A DNA stretch of 64,000 bases from Negaprion brevirostris (GCA_030324005.1 JARDVH010000163.1:102280957-102344956), one strand, 5' to 3'. Numbered from the stretch's first letter, positions 12,864 through 26,196 are shown. Notes: generated by a model from the sequence alone, not told the origin. Program-made: numbers and translations.

Positions 12864-14473
12864 GTTTTTACATTTTTGACATGATTCAATTCAAAATATT
12901 ATTTAGGGAATGCTCAGTTGGCATGTGGTTCAGAATAATGCCTACATTATGGATATAACTTCCATTCGAATTCGGATCTGCTTCCTAACCCTGTCTGAGA
13001 GTGGATGGCAGTAGAAAACTACCACTGCCAAAAGAACTACCAGTAAAATAGTTTAGAATGAAGTATTAGCAGGCAAGGTGGCAAGTAAAGACCTGCCTTT
13101 GGGAAGAGTGCACTTAAATGAATGAATGAACACTGTAAACACAAAACAAGGACAATCAATGCCACTGAAATAATTTACTACTGCTATTTGGGGCTAAATA
13201 ATAATTTTCAGAAGCATTTTTAATCATTATAGAATCTTGATTGAACAACCCCAACAAGCTCAATGTTTTGTATACATGCTGCATTCCTTCACCACTCAAT
13301 TAAGGGAAATTTCAGTGCAATATATTTGAAAGACTGATTCAGATATTAATATATTTGAATCCAGCATAGTCTTACATGCTACAATGTTGATGTATCGGTT
13401 TTTGTGCTTGTTATCTGGATGGTTGGAATGTTCTGATGTGATGTTCATATCAGTTGTACAGCGCTGCACTTCCTAAAAATTGAAAAAGGGAGAAGGAATA
13501 CTTCATTGATTTCCTATTTCAGAGCATTTACATCCAATAGTTGGAAACACTACACATTCATTTTACCTACACAGATTATCATATACAAGTGAATACGTAG
13601 CAACAGAAAATATATATTTCAGGCTTTTTAAAGATGGAGACATTTCATTCGAAATATTGGACGAATTATGTGGTGTTTAATTATGGTTCAAAATGAAAAT
13701 TGAATTCCCATGAAGACTGAATGCATTTACCTAGTCAATAGTCAAGCCATACAGAATTAGGACATTGTAGCATGGACACTCAGCTTGCACCATCTACTTT
13801 CCGCACCTTGGGCAGCAGGTGAAACGCTGCGATTGGCCTCCATGCTATTGGATTTGGGCAAGGAATATAGTTTTTGCTTTTATTCCTGTCTAGCACTTCC
13901 TGTTGGAAGTCTGATCCAGGATTATCTGGGTCAATTGTAAATCCATTGCTTTTGAGAAGTATATCCCTTAGATGGGGCACAAGAGGGTGCAGGACTTGAG
14001 CAAAAACCTATACTTTTAACAGAGACAAGCAATTAAAATGTTTCAAAGAATAAAAAGGCAATGAAATGCTCTTCCTCGACAAGAAAAACACCATCAAAAA
14101 GGTTGGAGATGGCAGTTNNNNNNNNNNTAAAATAAATTTATATAAATTTAAAAGGCTGGTAGTTCCAGTTTTGAAGAGTTTAGTAGTTGCTTGTAAATAT
14201 GATGGGGTAGGCTTTCATTCTTCCTGCTTCGGCATTAAGCATTGTGAGAGAGGAGGACAAAACAGAAAATCTGATTGGGGGGGAATCACACTTTCCCTTT
14301 AGTCGATCCTTCTTGCAGACCTTTCTTTTGTGCATCAAGCAGGCAATGCTTAATGTCCATGTTGTAAAGTTAAACACTTGTCTGAATGTATGTATACATT
14401 TTGGCAATTGGTTGCATCATTATCGGTTTTTACATTTTTGACATGATTCAATTCAAAATATTATTTAGGGAAT
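12864..14473 (+). repeat. Exact 48-bp direct repeat pair (12864-12911 and 14426-14473)
   Basis: GTTTTTACATTTTTGACATGATTCAATTCAAAATATTATTTAGGGAAT present twice, 1562 bp apart. Confidence 0.9.
13376..13472 (-). CDS. PTPRG: PTPRG D1 exon with wedge and KNRY loop (97 nt, phase 0 to 1)
   Basis: atttttag|GAAGTG...GTAGCAT|gtaaga; [32 protein letters not shown](Y). Confidence 0.96.
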
Positions 14474-15949
14474 TCTGTGCATAATCCTGAATGAACAAAC
14501 TAAACTCCATTTGGATTTGCTTTTGAAATGTGATGAAACCTCAACATCATGGGAGGCTTTTGGGGAAAATTTGTGAGAACACTCTAGAGATTGCTATAGT
14601 GTGAGAAGGTAGATTTGTGGTTGAAGATCAGCCATGTTTTTGTTAAATAGTACAGGTTCCAAGGGCCAAATGGTCTATTCCTGTTCAAGTTCTTACATTC
14701 ACCTAATATTGATTGAAGCCAAGAGACCAGAGAAATTCCTTTGTTCAAGTTCATTGAAATGCCAATAAAACATTTTCAAGTTAATGAGATACAGTGTTGA
14801 AGGACAAATCAGTTATAAACACTTAGCAAATGTCTGGAAAGTTCTGAGATTATCTAGTTAGGTTAGACTACCTAGCTAGACTAGCTAGGTTATCAGGACA
14901 ACTCATCATGGTTTACAGCTGATTGACTGAAATGTTCAGTATAAAATGCCTATTTTTGTAAAGAGACCAGAACCTGATGAAAGGAAAGAGACTGAAAACT
15001 TAAACAAAACCAACTTAATGTTATTAAAATCAACAGTAAATATTCATTTCCGGCAATTCAGCTTAACAAATTACTCTCCTTTTACCACACAGTGAATTGA
15101 AATAATGAAAAGGTGTGCAATTACTTTATAGCTGGACTTAGATCTGATGGTGCTTCAGCGAAATTCAAGACAAGTGCAAATCACTTGCGAAGAAATGTTG
15201 TGCTTGTAAAAAAGACTATAGACCTGGAGCAGATGGGAATGATTCATTAAATTGTATGCAAAAGGTAGGTTTAATCTCAGAACAAATATGTATTTCTCCA
15301 GGTTCTTTTCTCTCTGTTCCCCTTCCTCTTTTAAAGGTGCTGACCCATGCACCCAGATGACAATGAGTGGCTAGACACTGGCAGTTTGTTAGGTTTTTAA
15401 CCTGTAGGGAACACCATATCAGAGCCCATGCCTTTCCTGACATCTACGCACAGACTTTCCAATAGGGGTTATAGGGTAGCAATTGGGAGTGGGAGTGCTA
15501 GCTAATTTTTCCCTTATATGAGAAACTATTTTGTCAATTGTGAGCTCTGATAGCAAGTGACAGACAGCTATTTTACAATAGGTTACAAATACATCCAAGC
15601 CTGATCTTACCCTCTTTCAATATTCACAGGTACACTCGCACCAGGGTGATTAGACACTTATCAGGAACAGGAAAAAAGCTAGATGATCATTCACCTCTTG
15701 GCCCAGAGTACTGAGCTCAATTGTAGCATCCCTACCACCAACTCAGCACAGGCTAGGAATCCCAACTGAAACCTTCCCTATCTGACCACAATCTTTCAAA
15801 CTTAGTTTAGGAGGTTGTGCTGAGGATTGAAGGTTGCCACTTTAATACTTCAGACCAAAATACCGGAAAGGGATGAACAGAAAACCATAGACCAGACATC
15901 CGAATATCAGAAACAGGTAAGCTATATGACTACATCAAATGGATAAATC

Positions 15950-16850
15950 AATACTCACTTAGAAAGACATTTGATAAAAGTTTCATAGAAAACATTATGG
16001 GTAAAAATTAATCCAAGATACCAACATTATAACATTGGATCAGTGTAGGATGAAAGGGCTCAGTTTTGACTGGGCTGATATGTTCAAGGGATCTGTACTG
16101 GGCCTCAGTTTTTTTAACGATATGTATTAATGACCTTAGTGAAGGAATACAGAATTGTATGTATAAGCTCGTAGCTGACACTAAGTTAAAAGGCATAATA
16201 ACTCATGTGGATGGGAACAGAAAATTACAAACAGACACAGATTAAATGTAGTGCAGAAATATAGCAGATAGAGTTTAAAGTGGGGAAGTGTGAGATTGTC
16301 CACATTGGATCTGAGAAAGACCATTCAGAATATTTTCCTGTTGCTGCGAGGAGCAGTGAAAAAGCAAAGGGATATAGGTGTGCATGTATATGAATCACCA
16401 AAAAGTATTGCACAAGTAGGAAAAAAAAACAATCAATAGGGCCAATTAAATTTTGGCCTTTATCTCAATGGGGTTGGAATTCTAAAGTAAGAAAAAAATG
16501 CTCGAGTTGTATAGAACCTCAAGGCCTTCATTTGGAGCAAGTATTTAGTTTGCAGCACCAAATCTCTTGAAAGATACAGGAAGTAACAATACAAATTAAC
16601 CAGAATGATGCTAGGGTGTAAAAAACAAGTTGTGGAATTGGTTTTTATTTCACTGAGTTAGAAGGAGTGATCTAATTGAGGTGTTCAGAACAATAAAGGG
16701 ATTTGAATGGGTGGATAAAAATAAGTTATTTATTTTTAAGGGAACATCCAGAACAAGAGGACAGGAAGCATTTTTTCTCTCAAAATCTGGAACTCACTTC
16801 CCCTGAAGGATATGGATGCTTGATCAATTTAAGTTTTCAACAATGATTTA
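15950..16850 (+). mobile_element. Old CR1 LINE ORF2 3' fragment
   Basis: QGSVLG, INDL.EG, ADTKL, KCEIVH.G remnants with stops and frameshifts. Confidence 0.75.
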
Positions 16851-19800
16851 GTAGCACTGGAGTTGAATCCCAAGGACAAGTCAAGCTTTCAGGGTGTGAT
16901 GGGTGATAGAATGAAAATTAGAGGAAAACTCAAATTGACGACTAGGGCATGGAGAAACAGTGGACTGGTGGAAACTTGGTTTGATACTCTAGGAGAAGGG
17001 GTGGATACAGTGGACACATCTAAATGGATGATCTCCATCTTGGGGTGACAAAGAAGTCTATGCATTTGCACGTTTGTTATTGGAGCAAGGTTAGAGGGGC
17101 AGGAAATAGAGCTTTAAGAAAATGGATCATAATGAAGTGAAGCTAGGGATTATCTTGATTATCTTTGTATTCTAGAATGAACAAATATAATCACAAGTTT
17201 TCATAAACAACTAAACTTCCACCCAATTTATGAAGAAGTATTTGAGAATTCCTCACCTAGCAATATCAGATGCAACAGAACCAAATGTAATCAGGTTCAG
17301 AGTTAGGTGTGTCAAAACAACAAAAATCGAATGTTGCCAGGAGTCTTAATGAACTTATGCTCGATATGTTACATTTACATCACTATCACTTCAAGTGCTG
17401 CGATATAATCCAAGTATAGACCTGCCAGCAAAGTCTTGTTCTTCAAGGTCTTGGGAAAATCAAGACCTCTATAATGTGGTTATCTTGCAGTGATTAATGT
17501 TCTGTCAGCTCTAGTTGAACAGGAAGCACCAGCACATGCTTCAGAAGTGGATCCCTACATGAATTACTTCCTTTCTCAGTTGAGGAGCATCACACTGTTG
17601 TTTGAAAGAAGAGGTAGAAAGGGAAAGGTGCAGTATTTTTAAATGACAGGAAAGACAAATGCAAGAAAATGCTTCTGTTTTTAAGCTATTATTCCTGTCA
17701 TCAGTAGAGCTAAAGCAATCCACTTAATACATATTTTATGCAATCTGTAAAAGTTATGTGTCACATTAAGCATAACTAACAAATGTTCCTTTTCTGGAAT
17801 GGAGCATTTCATTGTATTCAGTATACCAATTTCATCTGTGGAGTTGCTTGGTGATTGTGTGTTACTATATTGACAAAAAACATAATACAATATGAATACA
17901 AAAAAAATTTAACAATGTTGGATGGTCAAATAATAGTTCTTTTACATGCAGATTTGCATGCAGCTGATAGCATGCTAAAAAGATCATGTTTTAGCACGCC
18001 CGAGTTTCAATAGTCCAATTTTTTTGGTGAAAATAAGTTCCGCTCATCATTCTTAAAGAGCAAATCAAACAGTAACTTCCAACAACTGCATGTGTTGGAA
18101 TATGGAAATCACATGGTTGCTGTCCATGTTTCCCTGTTCCTCCATAACCTTCACTACATCAAGAGACTCAGCAATGAAATACATGGAACAGCACACAATT
18201 GGCGTACATAGATGATACATACTATACACTCCAAAGAAAGCTAGCAATTGCTCATTCCAGTAGAAGATACATTTTTAACAATGCAGTACATTTTAATTAT
18301 TGTCAAACAACCTTTCTGGCATAGAAAATTGATTTTTACAAGTGAACAATGTCATTCCTTCAGATTTTAATTATTGTTAGAGACTTATAAAACCAAAAAC
18401 ATGCAAATAGTTTTATTTTTACTTTTCCTTTGTCTGTTTTGCAAATAATTTTGATTTTACATTTTTGTCTGCTTTTCTACCTCATACATATAAATGCACA
18501 GAAGAAAACAAATTCTTGTAGATGTCACCTTCAGATTTATTTTGTGCGAAAGATCTAGGAAAGTAATTACTGCTATCAGACCTCACAATGAAATAATTTA
18601 GTACTGGCATCTACACATACTAGGGGAAAACATATTGCAGAAGAATTTATGTTATAAGCTGATCGATTGCTAAGTATGAAACTTGTTTGTTTTGGGAGTG
18701 ATGATATTATTCAAACAGTTACTTCTTTGAGATGGATTATTTCATAACAAATACCTGCTTGACTTGTTTGCACTTTTAGAAGAAAAAATATATTACAGGT
18801 TGTGAAAAGTATCACTCTAGGTAGCAGCAACTAACTTACCTCCAATTGAAAATTAATTACTTTTAAATAAGTTTTTGGTGCACAAAAGGGTAATATGATC
18901 TTGACTTCTAATATGTCCTGTACTGCCATCTGTGGTATTTCTGGCCTATTCGTTTGTCCCTCCCCTCATGCTCTGCAGTTTACTCTCAGTGGATTATAGA
19001 GACTGTTCTCATCAAATTATATAAAAAGACAGGTTATTCTGAGAACAGTGTATTAATCTTTATTTTTCTAACATAAATTTCAGATGTTGAAGAACATGGT
19101 ACACGACTGTATGTAAACATTTGTGTGATTTTCTATGCAATATCACATAAACTGCAGAATTTGACGTATACACATTTCAAATGCTGCATTTTACTGCATA
19201 GAAAATCACGTTGTTTCACCAGATATTAGAATTGCAGTAACAAACCTAGTAAAACAGCCCAAACTTTAGCAAACAAGAAAGTTAACAACATCATATTCCC
19301 ATATTCATGTTAAAACACTTGGCAAAAGAAATGTATAAAGCTTTAGACATAATGTAATGCTCTATTCGGATCAAATAACCTTTTCTAAAAACCTTAATTT
19401 ACTTATACAAATATTAACTGAAAATAAAAACAATTGACTGCAAATCTCAGGTACTGCAGTGTAAAGATGTTCCATTTTCGCACTACAAAGTTAGATTAAA
19501 ATCTCAGAATAAAGCACTTGCTTGTTAACAACAGAACTGACCTTTAGACGGATTAAGAATATTTTTATGAAGCAGCCTGAAGAAAATAGCTTTTTGAAGA
19601 ATTAGATCAAGAGATGCAGTTTACAGCCCAGCAACACACTGAGTTGTTGTACTAAAATTTTACAGACTCAGGGAAAATAAGGTAGGACTGAAACCAGAAT
19701 TCTCCAGCATGGCAAATTCCCAATTTCAAATGATTCTTCAGGAGGTAGGTAGCCAGGCAATGGGGGGTGGGGGGGTGGGGGGAATAAGAAATTCAGTCAG

Positions 19801-21864
19801 TGATTCACTTTGGGACTCTATAGCTACCTTCCCAGCTCAACAAATGTTTGTGGTGGGCCTAAAGTGACTTTGGTTGGTAAAGGTGGGTAGGTAAGACAAG
19901 GAAAGAAATAAACCTGAAAATAAATAAATCCTAAAGTGTGTTGGATCTAACTGACTTAATTAGCTTGCCAACAAATCTCATTGCAAATATGACGGCACAG
20001 TACACATACAGTACATTATTCTGCAGTAAGTGCACCACTTTGACATTTGGCTATTTGCAACAAAAGCAGAAGTGTGCAGTTAGGTAGTTACTGGCATTGA
20101 CAAACCATCAGCTAAATGATTGAGTAGAGATAAAAGCCTTTAACTATGTTGACAGTACGTAGGACAAACATTTGCCCCAAGAGAATTGCTTCTGATCAAG
20201 ATGATCTAATTCAAATCAGTAAAAATCTATTATTCATGATCTGGCAGGCCACTGCTATTAATCACATCTGTTTGTTACACCATTAAACATACTGTGGAAT
20301 AATTTCATCTAATAAACAAATCAAGATGTGTGATGAAAAATGAATTCATTAATACAAATGACTGTTGTGCTCCATCACCTTTTAATCTTCTGATCTCTAA
20401 TTCAGCCATATTCAAATTTATAGCAGTGTGAATTGTTTATGAAAGAGCGAGGAGCACATTTAAGGACTCATTAAGGATTGTGTTTATGATTTGTGAAAAA
20501 AATGTATTTCACATTGACAGATTTTTTTTTGAAATGAGATTCTGCAATTTCACATTATTAGAGAACATAAAACCAATTATTAGCAATTGTCAAAAAGCCC
20601 CCATTTACAGGGCTTTCTAAATTTAAAATTCCAATCTTCTAATACCATTAGTGAAACAGGATAAATGCGGCAGTTTAGCATTCATTTGAATGCACTAAAT
20701 AGTATAAGTTTAATGACAAAGAACAAAAATGTTTCTGAATTGTATGCCAATATTAATGGTGCACAACAAGAATGGAGAGATTTCTGACAGCACTGTTAGT
20801 ACCATGCCCCAGAATATGGGCATATGGTTAGCAAATGCAGAAAGAAAAAGCAGAATGTCAGGATCACTATACCTAAAAGTGACAGTGCTTCAGCTCTGCT
20901 AGTTCAGGTAGAGGAGGGAAGAAAGGTAAAATAATCTTGTATTTGAGAGGGGCTCTTTCTTTGAAGCATGCCTCCTTGCAAATTAACCAAGAGCTGCTAC
21001 TGTTGGGAGCTCACAGACCAATCCAGGTCTGGACTGTCCGGCTGTTCAAAAGGAAAGGTTTGCATGGTCTTGGAAGTTTACCATTAAGGCTCAAGAGGTT
21101 AAAAAAAATTAAAATATGGGGATTTTTTTTACAAGGTACACAAACAGTCAATGAAGCACAGCAGCTGGAAGAGATCACATCGCAGAATGCAGGAAGTGGA
21201 TATCATGAGGCTCTCTGAATCTTGAAAGGGATGACATGCAGGAGAACAAGCAGCACTCCAATCCGAATTTCAGCAACAGTTCTTCATGAGAGTGCTCCAA
21301 GATGCAGACATATGCTGTGCTTAAACCAGTGCAGTATTTTCCAGCCCTAGAGCAGGAAATGCAAAAACTGTGCAGTCACAGACAGTTGACAGCAAGGAAC
21401 ACTAAAGTGCCTTTTGAACCAAATCCAAACTACAGTTTCCCATTTAAAAAAAAAATCTATACTTTCCATCCAGTATACTTTTGTCCTTATATACATGGAA
21501 GGATCCAGGGTTGTTTTCTGTAATTTCCACATAATTTTAAGTGTCCAAAGTGAAATTATAGAATTTCAAGGAAATAGACACACTGTTTAATTAATTCCAT
21601 GAATTACTGAGGGACAAGTAACAAACTGATGGAACGGGAAGGTATAAAATATTACAACTGTCAAATAGGTTAAAATGGAAGTACTGGACTTGTATTTTTT
21701 CGTAATTTTAGCCATTCGCTTCCATTGCACAATTTCATTTAAATGGCATTACACAATCAACTCGTACAGAATAGTGAAATCTCTGATTTACCCAACAATC
21801 ATCACAGAGACAAAAAGGGAGCCCATTCCTAATAAATTTAGGAACTATTGCAACAGTAACTTAC

Positions 21865-21956
21865 CTCAAATTCTTCAGAGAATCCATGTTGATTGTTGGT
21901 ATACAGTTCATTGATGTGCTTTACAAACTGCTTGACTGGAATGGCCTCCATATCAT
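21865..21956 (-). CDS. PTPRG: PTPRG exon preceding D1 (92 nt, phase 1 to 0)
   Basis: cccttatag|ATGATATG...TTTGAG|gtaagt; (D)[30 protein letters not shown]. Confidence 0.96.
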
Positions 21957-23084
21957 CTATAAGGGGAAGAACAAATAAAGATGTTGCTGGGCAACTAACA
22001 CAATTACAGCAGAATGCATGAGCTGGGTCCAATTAATATACTTTTTGCAAAAAGCTGAACTGGCGTTACTTGTATGCAAGTCTCAAAAAATGCTTCAGAC
22101 TTAATTGACGTACACAAATCAGCTTTGAAGAAAACTAATCAAAACGCAACACACATGGCAAACCAGAATTACTTTGGGATTACATTTTAACAAATGCATT
22201 TGGGTAAGAATGGAGAGCTTTAATTATTTATTTAATATATTGAGACCAAAAGCACACCTGAGCTCAACATGAGATAATAAACCCAATATTGGCTTTGTTT
22301 CCTTAGTGACAAAACAAATATTTTTTGTATATTCTAAATAATTTAACACTGTGCTCTGATTTTAGAGGCAGAGAATTATATTTGCAAGAAAAGTACAACA
22401 GAAGTATCAACTAAAGTTACTGTATGTAAAGGATACCAATACACAAATGAAAAAATAAGCAAAAGGTGCAGTTTAACACAATTTTCTATCCTAATTTTTT
22501 CCATTTTATTGTTTCAGCTGTAAAAGCAAACTGAAGGAAAGACTGGATTTACAAGGAGATAAATGCAATGCCTTGGCATTAAATGTTAAAAAAATAAAAT
22601 CTTTGTAGAAAATGTGCTGTAAGATATTAAAAAGAGGAATTAGAGGTAAAAATTTCCCATTTGGCTTTCTGCAAAGGTTAAAGCCATTTTCATAGTTGAC
22701 ATTTGAAACATCAAGGATTTGTGAGCATTGGAATGATAGAGTAAGCTCAGGATGTTGGAAATAGGAAGGAAAATAACAATATAAATTAAATTCTGAGCAG
22801 CAGGTCCACAATCGCCAGCGCTGACAGATTTGAAAACATTATGGGGTGAATTTTATGTTTCATACCATTATCGGGGGGGTGAATTATTGGAGCAACAGCA
22901 GGTGAGAGTTTGTTATTAAATTTTTCAGAACTCACTTTAACATTGTCTCAATCAGGACACTTTCCAGGTAGGAACTAACATTAAACATACATGTCCCACT
23001 CTCCTTTTGAATAAGTGTTTAAAAAAAGACTCAAATCCCTATCCTTTAGCTCCCTTTGTTTCTCCACAGAGGCGAAAAAGAGAG

Positions 23085-23475
23085 TAATAAATTGATTAGA
23101 GACAGCCAGCATGGTTTTGTTGCAGGTAGGTCGTCCCTTACTAACCTTATTGAGTTCTTTGAGAAAGTGACCAAAGAGGTGGATAGGGGTAAGGCAGTTG
23201 ACGTNNNNNNNNNNNNNNNNNNNNNNNNNNNNNNNNNNNNNNNNNNNNNNNNNNNNNNNNNNNNNNNNNNNNNNNNNNNNNNNNNNNNNNNNNNNNNNNN
23301 NNNNNNNNNNNNNNNNNNNNNNNNNNNNNNNNNNNNNNNNNNNNNNNNNNNNNNNNNNNNNNNNNNNNNNNNNNNNNNNNNNNNNNNNNNNNNNNNNNNN
23401 NNNNNNNNNNNNNNNNNNNNNNNNNNNNNNNNNNNNNNNNNNNNNNNNNNNNNNNNNNNNNNNNAGAGATTATAA
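23085..23475 (+). mobile_element. CR1 LINE fragment (partly N gap)
   Basis: IRDSQHGFVAGRSSLTNLIEFFEKVTKEVDRGKAVD, the CR1 RT N-terminal motif. Confidence 0.85.
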
Positions 23476-24299
23476 CTAAATCATCTGTTAGTTAGCAAGG
23501 AGCATTGAGAAATGTCAACCTCCGACAAAGAACATATTGGCCATACATTAGATTTTAGCACAGCATATTCATTACATTGTCCCTTTTTATTTGCAGGAGA
23601 TGAAGGAACATAATGCTAGAGGGCCAGGCCTGGAGGTGGTCAAGCCAACATGACCATTTTCATCCTGATAAAGCAGGAAGTTCTGGAGCTGGCAGCATAT
23701 CACTGAGTCACATGAATGGACTTAAGTGAACTTGGAGGAGTGTGTATTTATAGGAAATGTGTCTCTCTGAAGTAATTGCAAATGATGATGATGTCCCTCA
23801 TTCTCGTTTGTTTCCTGAACATTGGCAGCAGGAGGGAGAGCAAGAGGAGGAGGAAGAGCAGGAGGAGGACGCAAGTGTGCAACATCGCATTCTTGCTCCC
23901 CATTTGGCATCAGCTTACTATAACAACAGCTGAGCTTTCTGCCACTGAATAGGAGGTTCTCATCACACCAAAGGCTCACTACCTCTGGCAACCAAAGGAT
24001 GTCCACCAATGTCATCTCATGCAAAGGGTCATACAGGTCAGCTGGTGGCTGGGGGTGGGGAAGGACCATGGCACAGCACCAATGAACAATTTACCAAAAC
24101 ACCACATTAGTCACATATGGATTCACACATCTGATGGTTCAGTTTTGGGAGTTATGAAAATTGTTTTTATGTAATTGTTCTTTTTACATGATGTTCCAGC
24201 GGCATTATTGTTTCATGCATCTGGTTTTCATTTGGGTTGAACGCATGCTGTTAAGGGAGTTTGTATTCATGTGGGTTCCTCTGATTTCAAATTTCAAAC

Positions 24300-25215
24300 C
24301 TTGCGACGATACAAAACTTGAAAACATTGTGAACTGTGAGGAGGGTATAGTGTAGAACTTCAAAGGCTCATAGATAAGTTAGTGAAGTGGACAGACAAGT
24401 GGCAGATTAAGTTTAATGTGGAGAAATATGAACTGATTCATTTTGATAAGAAGCACATGGAGTGACAATATAAAATAAAGGGTACAACTCTAAAGGGGTT
24501 GCAGGAGCAGAGAGACCTGGGTGCATTTGTACATAAATCATTGAAGGGCAGGTTGAGGGAGAAGTTAATAAAGCATACAGGATACTGGGCCTTATTAATA
24601 GAGGCAAAGAGGACAAGAGCAGGACTGTTATGTTGAATTTGTACAAGACACTAGTTTGGCCTCTGCTGCAGTTTAGTACCTAGTGCAGTGATGCACTTCA
24701 TCACTGCACTAGATACTAGTGCAGTGATGCACTTCAAGAAAGATGTGAAGACTTGAGAGAAGGTGCAGAACAGATTCACAAGAACGATCCCATGGATAAG
24801 GAACTTTATTATGAAGAAAGATTGGAGAAGTTGGGACTACTTTCCTTAGACAAAAGGAAACAGATGAGATTTGAAAGAAGTATTCAAATTCATAAGGGCC
24901 CCAGATAGAGTAGATAAGGAGAAATTGTTCCCACCGTGAAAGGATCAAGAATGAGAGAGCGTGGATTTAAAGTAATCAGCAAAAGAGATATGAGGGGGAA
25001 CTTTTTTATGCAGCTAGTAGTTAGGGGTTGGAATGTACTTCCCAGGAGTGTGGCAGAGGCAGGTTTAATTGAAGCGTTCAGAAGGGAATGAGACTGTTTT
25101 CTGAAAAGGAAGAATGTGTAGGATTATCGGGAGAGTGGCACGAAGTGGGTTGCTCATTTGGAGAGCAGGTATAGGCATGATAGGCCAAATAGTCTCCTCT
25201 ACCAGTAACAACTCT
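24300..25215 (+). mobile_element. CR1 LINE 3' portion
   Basis: DDTKL..IVNCEE, WQ.KFNVEK, ERDLG, LYKTLV; 3' UTR taggccaaatagtctcct. Confidence 0.85.
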
Positions 25216-26196
25216 GGAATGATGCAGAAGTGAAAAAATTCAAAGCCACTGTTACTGGATGATCAGCAACACAATTGGAAGCAATTTCCCCAGTCAGCAT
25301 GTCAGATAGGAATGTGACTGTCTCCCTTGAGAGGCACAGTCTTCTGAGGCACCAGCATTCGGACAACTGGAGACATGTCATCCTCACCCTGTATACATGG
25401 CTTCCAGGGCAATGCTCTCACTTACCTCTGCCTATCTGATGTTGCTGTTTGTCCTCCACAGTCCCTTGCTCTGTGGCAAGTTGCGCAGCTTGCTGGACCT
25501 CTCCTGGCTAATTGTCCTCCTCCTCCTCCTCACTGGAGGAATCACCACCTACAGAATGTACCATTCCCATGGGGTACAGCAATTTAAAGGTTTGCACTGC
25601 AATGTATAAACTTATTTAAAGCACTTTCTGGATGCCCCCTTCTCTAGGAAAATGACCAAATGCTGAAAACTATAGTCAATCAAAATTAAACCACAGTGAA
25701 ACACTTCAGTAACAGAGTCTTCTGCTGAATGCAGCCACAGTCTTTCACTGAACCTTCATATCCTCCTTTGCAACACATCCACTTTACCTGATGTCAGTCC
25801 AAACATCTTCCAAATGCAACCAGTGAAAAATGGGCAACATAAAATTCAAGTTCAATGCACTGTTAACGAGCTTAATAGCTCGTTAATTAGCTTTTATTTT
25901 CAAAACGTCAGGCAGGCTGCCAATTTCAATGACCATCCACTTCTAATATTATGGTGACCCATCATCAGCATGCCAGATTTTAAACATGCATGGGGAGGAG
26001 GGCAGCACTCCTGAGTTCAAAATGTAAAATTCACCCCTATGTTTCGTGCAGAAGTTTCTCTCAAGGTTACCTACAAATTCAAATCACTACACCAAATATT
26101 ACTTATTAGCATCTGAGCAGCATATTACATGTGAAAAAAGATTATAATTCAATATTTCTAAGTGATCAGTGTCATCNNNNNNNNNNNNNNNNNNNN

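Larger units (their letters stand above)
22843..26037 (-). mobile_element. PIF/Harbinger DNA transposon relic with TIRs and nested CR1 insertions
   Basis: Left GGGGTGAATTTTATGTTT, right AAATGTAAAATTCACCC(C), TAT on both sides. ORF 25199-25387(-) RRLCLSRETV...VTVALNFFTSASFQ resembles the N-terminus of HARBI1/Harbinger transposases. Confidence 0.7.

Noticed and set aside
14870-14890. Short palindrome ACCTAGCTAG-A-CTAGCTAGGT (similar small ones near 43585 and 58571)
   Set aside because: Low-complexity and short; no associated feature
21075-21090. ATG|gtaaac that could be an ATG-only first exon spliced to 13472
   Set aside because: Poor Kozak context and weak donor; expected by chance
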